The notes under the pieces: model-generated
Databases searched by the model: none
Told to the model about the DNA's origin: nothing
The model's input: the letters and a program-made list of their open reading frames with translations, nothing else
Assembly: GCA_946965045.2 (NCBI GenBank)
Contig: OX337241.1
Span: forward strand, 2,728,001-2,792,000
From: Epithemia pelagica
Taxonomy: Eukaryota > Protista > Bacillariophyta
DNA length: 64,000 nucleotides
Direction: 5' to 3'
Shown here: piece after piece, positions 56,422 through 64,000 of the stretch
Numbering within the stretch: the stretch's first letter is position 1
How the letters are laid out: the number at the start of each line of letters is the position of its first letter
Made by a program: the position numbers and the translations under genes

Positions 56422-57849
56422 ATGATGAGGACAAACAAGCCCTCCTATTCGCGCGCGATCATTGTCGCAAGTCCCAACCGTAAGAAACTTCCTCAGTCGA
56501 GGGACCACATATTAGAAAACAGCCAAGAAGAAGTCCCAAGACGTCCCCGTTTTCGTACCCTCAGTCGTGACCGAGTAACGATGATGATGAGGAGGACGAC
56601 CCAGACGACAGCGGTGCACGTCGCAAGTGGTGGGAATAACGGATTTGACTTTTATCGATCCAATCGCAAGAACGACTGTAGCGCCGACTATGCGGGTTTC
56701 AAGAGAGCAACAGCGGTGCACATCGCAAGTGGTGCGAACGGATTTGACTCCTATGGATCCAATCGCAAGGAGGACGGCAGCGCCGATCATGCGGGTTTCA
56801 AGAGAGCAACCGGATTGGCTGTCGGCTTCACCCTGGGGACAAGTGCTTGGTTCAGCAAACGTGGGCAACTGCCAAAATGGAACAAGGAGAACCCGTTCCG
56901 TCCGATCCTTGCACTGATCTCAGTGTTACTTAAGAATCCTCTGATTCTTCTATTCTTGCTGGTTTTCCACCAGTCTTGCATGTCACGCCCACAGTTATGC
57001 AACTGGTCGAGCAACCGTATTTTGTGGTGGAACCCCCAGTACCATTATGTGCTTCCTCCGAAAACGACACTCGGACACGATCTGGCTCCCATCCTTGCCC
57101 TCGCAATGTTTGTGGCCAACAACAAGAAACAACACACTGGGCTTCTCGTACAGAATGAACCTAGTTCACTGGACAAAACTACCCAAGTTGTCATGCACAA
57201 CGACACGTTCTCAAGACAAGTGGTAAAAGAAGCAAGAGTTGTCTTCGTTCGAGATGCTACTACTACTACTTCGCGCCACATCAAGGACATTCGCCATTCC
57301 AAAAGAAACCCCATGGTTCGAATCCCTTCTCAACAGGCGGTACAAACCGCCGCCGGACGACGAATGGTCTGGATCAAGCCCATCCTTCGCAAGGTGTTTT
57401 GGATCACCAACGTGGTGATATTGATCCACAACAAGGCACGCCCCATGTTCCAGGCCGTGTCCTTGTATCATCGAACCCTTTCCCGTGTCGGATGGCGCAA
57501 GGTCTTGGGTGCCTTGACACTGGTGGGACGATTTTTAGATGCCACGGCCTGGATCTCCAATGTCGTGGCCATGATCCCGTTTGGAGCATCGGCATGGTGG
57601 TCGTGGCCTCTGGTTGTTTGGAAGAACGGCGCCAGTCTTGTTGTGGTGGTTTGTCGACAAGGACGGATGCGTGTCCCGGGTGTTGGGTGGGGGTCCCTGT
57701 TGACAATGACGGCACGACGACAATCACCAGTAGCACTGGGGAGGATGCCTCGTCTACTGCGACAATTCTCATGTTTCAACCTTGTCACGAGAATCTCCAA
57801 GCTTGCCAACAGTATTGCGGCGTTGCAGGGACTTGTTCGGCGTGCCTGA
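56422..57849 (+). CDS. Unknown basic membrane protein (475 aa)
   Basis: Long ORF with hydrophobic segments (ILALISVLLKNPLILLFLLVF; AWISNVVAMIPFG). No domain recognised. Confidence 0.45.
   Translation: MMRTNKPSYSRAIIVASPNRKKLPQSRDHILENSQEEVPRRPRFRTLSRDRVTMMMRRTTQTTAVHVASGGNNGFDFYRSNRKNDCSADYAGFKRATAVHIASGANGFDSYGSNRKEDGSADHAGFKRATGLAVGFTLGTSAWFSKRGQLPKWNKENPFRPILALISVLLKNPLILLFLLVFHQSCMSRPQLCNWSSNRILWWNPQYHYVLPPKTTLGHDLAPILALAMFVANNKKQHTGLLVQNEPSSLDKTTQVVMHNDTFSRQVVKEARVVFVRDATTTTSRHIKDIRHSKRNPMVRIPSQQAVQTAAGRRMVWIKPILRKVFWITNVVILIHNKARPMFQAVSLYHRTLSRVGWRKVLGALTLVGRFLDATAWISNVVAMIPFGASAWWSWPLVVWKNGASLVVVVCRQGRMRVPGVGWGSLLTMTARRQSPVALGRMPRLLRQFSCFNLVTRISKLANSIAALQGLVRRA
56608..56810 (+). repeat. 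In-frame ~102-nt tandem duplication (TAVH.ASG..NGFD.Y.SNRK.D.SAD.AGFKRA x2)
   Basis: Two adjacent diverged copies starting at 56608 and 56710. Confidence 0.9.
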
Positions 57850-58453
57850 AAACCACGGTCCGTTGTCGAAGCGGTCCCTGCGTTGTGACGATAGATCTAG
57901 GGAAGGTTTTACTGCATAATAACAATGTATCACTGCAAGTATGTCTGTGTATTGTAGTCCCAGTGACTGTACGGACGAGGATGGACACAACCGGATTGGA
58001 ACAGTCGGTAAACTAGAGCTAGGCCGGTACTGTTTTGGAATGTGGTGGGGAGGATTCTCTTTTGCCATGGCGGTTTGCTCACTCTCACCGGTTTGCGTCC
58101 TTTCCTCCTACCCTCCCACAATCACGTAATCGGCATGATTGTTCTTGGGCAAGATCTCGTACCTCAATGGGTGCTGCCAGTGCCAGGGGGGGGGGGGTGA
58201 CATGTATTAAGTAGTCGCTTGTTGGGAGCGGGGTGTTTGGAGTTTCCACAGTTTGTGTGAGGGTGCCCCGCCGAGACACGACGGTCGTCCTGCGGGAACG
58301 CCGGGCTCTCTCTCTATAATAGATACGGGGTCAACGCGCCCAGCGCAACGTTCGTTCTTGGAAGTCTTTGCCCCGATGACGACGGCGAAGTGACAACCAA
58401 ATTCCAAATCGTGCGAAGAAAAAAAAAGGTCTTGAGAAAGTGACAGGCAGTAC

Positions 58454-61400
58454 CAAGGTTGCTACTACGTCACGTCACGGGCCACAACCGTGACGTGACG
58501 CCGTCAAATAGTGACGGGAATATGTTCCCGTCTGGTTTTTCCCGTCACTCCCGTCACCTTTGGGAAATTGATAAAGACAACATGGATGTATGATGGAAAT
58601 AACATGTATTGACTAACTTGGTGCATGAATATAATATAGAATGGTCTCTGGTGTCTGCTAATGGTGTTTGAATGCTCCCATAATGGACGGAAGCTTCATT
58701 CCGTCTCTCCCGAGGATAAATTCTGCAAGCAAATACTTATCCCGCCTCACATAGTCTTTCCGACTAAAGTATCGCTTGTCCTCCTGAGCAAAGTTCTTAA
58801 GATTTTCACTGGGCAAAGGCTCCAATGTATCTGAGCGTGTCTCTGGTGGGTCTTCGTCGTATCCAGGCTGTAGTTGTTCTGTTGCAGCTGCAGCTGCCCG
58901 TTGCGCAGCACGACCAGCCCGAGTCGGAGAATGTTCCGTTCGTAGACGAGCTGCGTTCTCACGGGCCATTGCAGCAAAATCAACAACACTTCCAGCATCA
59001 CTGTCACCATCCAATTCTTCTATGTCGATGGGATCATGCATTTCATTTTCATAGCCCGTACCGTCATTAGGATCCTCATCGTACAGGGATTCATCATCAG
59101 GAAACGACGACTGGATTGCATCTAACAATTGTTGCATCTCTGGTCCCAATTGTGTATCGCTTGTATTGGCATTCCCACTGGCATTATTGTTGTCATCCAT
59201 ATCTGTCACTGTCTCTGTAGTTTCTGTTGTAGTTCCAGTTCCAGTTCTAGTGTCTTGTTGTTGCGACGTTCTTGCCATGTTGATGGGCAGAAACTCGTCG
59301 TTGCTGTCATATTCTTCTTCATCATTATGCTGGCCGCCTGTGCTTCTCTCTACACGCTGCTCACTGCGTAGCTGTTCATTTGGTATTTCCTGGACATCCT
59401 CTTCTTCATTGTTGTTTGCTGCGCCTGCTGTTTTGTCACGATTCCCAGCAGCCTCTCCAGTACTCTCCTCTGTTGTCTTTGGGTACTCCGTCGTGGATAC
59501 AATGCGATTACGATGTTGGTTAGTTGTTTTGAATCGCTTTTTCTTCTTTCCACCTCCATGGCCAGTAGTATCTGTGTCATCACTGCCATACACAACTTGC
59601 ATGTCGTGCTTTATCAGCGTCGACTTCTCCATTTTAGCCTGTGAAAGTCGATTTCTGGACTTGGTATTGAAAAGAGCAAAGTCTTTGAAAAGACGCTCAC
59701 ATGAAGCACTCTGAACGGGAGCGCCCAAGATCCATGCGGCAAACCTGCAGAAAGCTTCGCCACAGGCTCTGTTCTCAAGATACCAGTCCACAATGCTCGG
59801 GAACATCTCCGGATCATATGGTAGAGTAAATTTAATACGCAAAGGGTGGTTCGTGAGGTACCTGTGCACTGCAACGACCAGGTTGTTTCGTTCGATGCGC
59901 AGCTTGCGAACACTGGTCGGGTCACTCTTACCACTGTATGCGCTGAGCTCGTGCTTCTCCCAATAGAAACCTGCTGCCCACGCCAATCGCATACTCGACA
60001 GCACTGCTATTCGGTTTGCAGGCCATGAGCCCCTGGAATACTCGTTGAACGCAATGACATGAACGGCATACTCCTTGTAAGCTGGGTGAAGCGCAAAGGC
60101 AAGAACATAAAGTGGCTGTTCACATTGCGCCCATCGTTCTCCCAAATCCAGGGTAAGATGCCCAATTTGATCCTCACTTCCAACAAAGTCAAGTACATGC
60201 AAATACAAGTTTAGAAGCATCAGGAAAACGTCGGCAAGGGTGTTGCATTCACGTTGCATCAGGAATGATGCATCACAAAATGGGCGCACGAGGTACTCTG
60301 CTTCCTCAAGAGAGTGGAAGAAATCTGTTGTTTCCCATGCCTTGCAAGCCTTGGGGAATTCATCATCATCTCCATACTCTGCCACGAAGAGTATGCAAGC
60401 CTTGCGAATGCGAAGCTGTGATGCAAAACACCCCTGAATGGTGTTCCAACGGGTGTCGCCAACTGTCATGATGGTTGTTGCGACTTTGCTTCCATATGTT
60501 CGACGACAGATTTGTTGGAGCCGCACCAACCATTTGGACAACGACTTAGAAACCTTTGCTGCTGCGGTTATGGCCTTGTTCGCCACATCCTTGAATTGAG
60601 GAGTCTGAACAAGATGGCCCACCATCAGATTCACTTGGTGAGCCCAGCATTTGTGGAAGAGAATATATGGGTGGCGCAAAGATAGGATGCGGCGCGCTCT
60701 GGCACACTGTCCTGCGTTGTCGGACACAAAGTATTTCACCTTGTGGGCATAAGGTCGTAGAGTATCCGTTCGCAGGATATCTTCCTCCCATACCTTAGCG
60801 ATTGCCAATGCATGGTGAGTGTCGCCTTCTTTGTAGGTTGATAGCAAGAATGACTTTGGTCCTGCCTTGACCATTACACCTTGTATGTGTACCTTGTTTA
60901 TCATTTCCCAGCCATCGACCACGATGCCGAAGTGGTGGCCTTGCATAAAGGCTTCAAGGATGGACTTGTTGCGATTCTCCAAGGCCTTGTTGTATCGATC
61001 ATTTAATATCTTTTCCGACAGCCACCATCGCCCTTTCAGAGCTCGTGATGACTGTGGACGAAGAAAATCAAGAAGACGATGGAAAGACGGTCGTTCAACT
61101 ACGGAAAAGCCAGTTGACAAGTCGATAACAAGTTCCAGGACCAACTTGTTGAGTTCTTTCTGCTCGGCTTCTGAAAGAGGCGGAGAAGCATTGAAGTATT
61201 CTTCCATCCTGCTCCTGAGAGCAGGCTTTTTCATGCCCAGTGACAACGATGAAGAAGATGGGTGGGGTGGTGGTCGCTTGAGATTCGATGTGGCCTCTGC
61301 TTCTGCTGGACTTGTAGTGAGGTAGCTACTGATGGAACCTCCCTGTACACTTCTCCTTGCAATAGTATCAATAGGTGGCTGTGGTTGTGCTTGCACTTCT

Positions 61401-62110
61401 GTACTTCGCGATGCCTTGATGTGGTTTTGAAAGGCTCGACACTTGTTGAGGTGCTGTTTGCACTTATCGGGGCGCTTTTGCGCATCTCTTTTGGTTTTGG
61501 TGGCATACCAATGGATTGATGGCTCTTGAACTTTTCAAGTTCTCTTTCGTAGTGCAACTTGCAATGGCAGCAGACTACGTACAAGTTGCCGCCACTTCGT
61601 CGCCCAACTTCTACGAAGTTTTTGTAAATTTCTTCGTTGGCCTTGTGGGCTCGGCTTTTGCCTCCTCTTGAACCCCCCTTCCTTTGCTCTGTTGTTGTCT
61701 CTGTCGCTTCTTCTTCCCCCGTAGCTTCATTGTTGTTGTCGTCGTCGTCGTCATCTCCTCCTCCTGATTCCGGCACGTACTCGTAGGGCTCGTCGTCATC
61801 GTCCGAATCCGAAGGCATCTTGGTCGTGGTCTCCTTCCTGCTCTCTTATTCTTGGCTTCTGAGGGAATGATCATTCATGATCATCAATGGTTGATTGTTG
61901 TGTATTCCTTGGATCATGTTTTTATGCCATTTTTGTGCGTTTCTCGCCATTTCTGTTTGACGACAAGATCCAAAAAAGATTTTTTGTTTCCCGTCACATT
62001 TTTTCATTCCCGTCATTTGTCACCGCCTGATGGCCGGACGTGACGTCGTCAATTTTACGTCTCGTCACGTGACGTGCGTCAATCGTGACGTCGTCACAGT
62101 AGCATCCTTG
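58454..62110 (-). mobile_element. Complete hAT-superfamily DNA transposon
   Basis: 13-bp TIRs CAAGG(T/A)TGCTACT (12/13) at 58454-58466 and 62098-62110, flanking direct repeat GCAGTAC, subterminal CGTCAC/GTGACG arrays, and an internal transposase. Confidence 0.92.
58658..61818 (-). CDS. hAT transposase (BED finger, DUF659/RNase H-like DDE, dimerisation domain), one -1 frameshift at 61476-61479
   Basis: VVCCHC...(shift)...KQHLNKC; IVVDGW; SDNAGQC; CWAHQVNL; TRWNT; SASCERLF; long acidic C-terminal tail. Confidence 0.88.
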
Positions 62111-62286
62111 GCAGTACGAGTTTCGTTCCAGACAATCGACAGTGTGATTTCAATTCCAATATACAAGAAGTGCTCATTGGTAGAGAGGTCGTGATCGTTC
62201 CTCCTTCTCCTTCTCCTCCTCGTTCTCCCTCTCGTCCTCATCCTTTTCTGTGGCACCGTACCAACCAAGCCCCACCAACAGGAACA

Positions 62287-63930
62287 ATGATCAAGCCAAA
62301 CCACCCTTCCAATGCTTCCGTATCGTCCTTGTCGTCGTCGTCGTCGTCTTTTACAATCCCCCCTTGTCGACGGTGGTTCTTGTGCTTGTTCGCACCCCTC
62401 TTGGTGTGCATGGAACTGATTCAATGGAAGCTTTTCCTTGCCATGAATGATAGTATCTTGTCGTCGTCGTCGTCGGTGTCGTCCAGGCAGGTCCAATCCT
62501 CGTCGTCGTCGTTGTCGTCGTCTGTTCCCCCAACAACAACAACCACCACAACAAAACCAGACATTGTGGTGGACATGTTGAGCATTGGCAGTATTCATCA
62601 AGCCGACTTGCAACAAGCCCAATACGAAACCTTTGGAAGCCAGGCCCGACAGTTTTATGCCGCCACCGGAGCGGACGATGTCGAACACGCCTGTCACACC
62701 AACCTGACCTGGACGCAGGTCGAACGCATTGTCCAACAGTGCCGTTCGGCCCGACGAAAAGCGTATCCCTTGCATTCCATCTTCAAACGCTTTTATGCCC
62801 GTCGACAGTGGTTGCAGAAAAAAGCCAATCCTACCGCCTGGATGTGTGCCCAAAAACGACCCTTACAAGCCTTGCGCAACATGGTACTTCAATACTATTC
62901 CTTGTCTTCTTCTCATGATGATGAGTCTACCGATTCGAACCAGCCACGGTCGACGCACGGTCTGGAGGTGAATGCATCCTTGTTACCCGACTATTTGATT
63001 GTGGGAGACGATGATACCTGGATGAATTGGCCAGCCGTTCAAGCCACCTTGCCGCAACTCTATCCCTCCCATGAACCACGAGCTGTGGCGGCCTGTTTGG
63101 TTCGATGGGGACCCCATTCCGATCATTTTACCTTCCCCTTTGGAGGCTATGGCATTGTCCTGACACGGCCCGTCTTGTGGAATTTACTCCGGCCCCTGAA
63201 TTGTTCAAAGTTCCATGCATCATCATCATCATCACCCAGGGAATCCAAACCACCCTTTTCCCACCCAGATGACTTTGAAGCCTTGGTGTGTTGGAGATTG
63301 CAGCAAAATGGAATTGGCGAACAAGCCTTTTATCGTCCCGGATCCAGTTTGTTGGACATTTTATACGACTATTCCGTGGTGGCACCCTACTTGTCACAAA
63401 AACGTCAACATTCCTTTTGTTTGCACAGCGATTGGGTTTGGGGATACTTGTTCAATTATCATCACATGGCCTGGCATTCCAATCATCATCATCATTCAGA
63501 ACAAAAACAAGATGGCGACATGCACAGCCACAACCACCACCACAACACGAATACAAAGACTCCCGCACTGCCCGACAGTTACAATCGTACCGTCCTGTCT
63601 TTGGTCCTGCACGACCGCCTGGAGGGCTACAATCAGTCCCAATATTTGACCCTGCCTGGTTCCCAAAGTGACGGGACCCTACAATGGTTGAGGGAATGTC
63701 GTCATTCCCCCGATTTTGGGTCTCTGTTCCCCCCACCCACAGTCACACCCCAGCAAACGGCGTCGTGGCAACAATTTTGGCAACAGCAACCGACCAACCA
63801 CACCACGAAGAGCAACCGCAGTCCGGGAGATGTCTATTGCACTCCAGAGGCTCATTTTTGTCATCGCGTCTCTCCCTCGTATATGCGATATTTGCATCAC
63901 TTGCAGCAGCAGCAGCTGCCGCCGCAATGA
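62287..63930 (+). CDS. Type-II membrane glycosyltransferase, GT31/fringe-like
   Basis: N-terminal TM WFLCLFAPLLVCMELI, then LPDYLIVGDDDTWMN (DxD), FPFGGYGIVLT and HSDWVWGY. Probable ATG at 62287. Confidence 0.6.
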   Translation: MIKPNHPSNASVSSLSSSSSSFTIPPCRRWFLCLFAPLLVCMELIQWKLFLAMNDSILSSSSSVSSRQVQSSSSSLSSSVPPTTTTTTTKPDIVVDMLSIGSIHQADLQQAQYETFGSQARQFYAATGADDVEHACHTNLTWTQVERIVQQCRSARRKAYPLHSIFKRFYARRQWLQKKANPTAWMCAQKRPLQALRNMVLQYYSLSSSHDDESTDSNQPRSTHGLEVNASLLPDYLIVGDDDTWMNWPAVQATLPQLYPSHEPRAVAACLVRWGPHSDHFTFPFGGYGIVLTRPVLWNLLRPLNCSKFHASSSSSPRESKPPFSHPDDFEALVCWRLQQNGIGEQAFYRPGSSLLDILYDYSVVAPYLSQKRQHSFCLHSDWVWGYLFNYHHMAWHSNHHHHSEQKQDGDMHSHNHHHNTNTKTPALPDSYNRTVLSLVLHDRLEGYNQSQYLTLPGSQSDGTLQWLRECRHSPDFGSLFPPPTVTPQQTASWQQFWQQQPTNHTTKSNRSPGDVYCTPEAHFCHRVSPSYMRYLHHLQQQQLPPQ

Positions 63931-64000
63931 GTTGCCCGAAGAACACGTACTACCGAAAGAAAACAATGACTGGGTGTGTGTGCCTTTTTGCGGGGGTGCG

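Noticed and set aside
58185-58430. GC-rich segment between a G12 run and an A9 run, considered as an ncRNA (SRP, RNase P/MRP) or SINE
   Set aside because: The conserved boxes of these RNAs could not be matched; an Infernal/Rfam search would be needed.
1-64000. tRNA/rRNA genes and prokaryotic contamination
   Set aside because: No cloverleaf or rRNA signatures seen. Spliceosomal introns, copia/hAT elements and V-ATPase B indicate a eukaryotic nuclear locus.

Overview
Eukaryotic nuclear DNA, most likely a (pennate) diatom. The evidence is a CoDi-type Ty1/copia element, silaffin-style RXL/KxxK proteins and diatom-type kelch, ankyrin and LRR families. No rRNA, tRNA or CRISPR array was found. From left to right: (1) 1-5.1 kb, a 3232-bp tandem duplication carrying an unknown gene and a convergent gene with a PcfJ-like domain, a SAP/Rho_N-like helix-extension-helix and a mitochondrial-type presequence. 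(2) 5.2-10.9 kb, two broken, partly chimeric GT7 galactosyltransferase copies. (3) 10.9-11.3 kb, a fold-back element. (4) 11.8-20.3 kb, three tandem type-I membrane proteins (signal peptide, RXL site, Lys/Ser-rich repeats, Pro/Thr stalk, TM, WRRR tail; two have a YxxPhi motif), followed by V-ATPase subunit B. This is a candidate silica-deposition-vesicle cluster. (5) 23-44 kb, an LRR gene, four kelch-only paralogues, two kelch-derived hairpins and a frameshifted kelch-ankyrin-degenerate NB-ARC gene at the centre of a roughly 3.5-kb-arm inverted duplication. This is a candidate NLR-like locus with possible small-RNA control. (6) A very young copia insertion with identical 280-bp LTRs and a CCTGG TSD. 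(7) A truncated unknown ORF, a cPLA2/patatin-type lipase, an unknown membrane protein, a complete hAT transposon and a GT31/fringe-like glycosyltransferase. All alignments and motif calls were made by eye. Several single-base frameshifts could be assembly errors.
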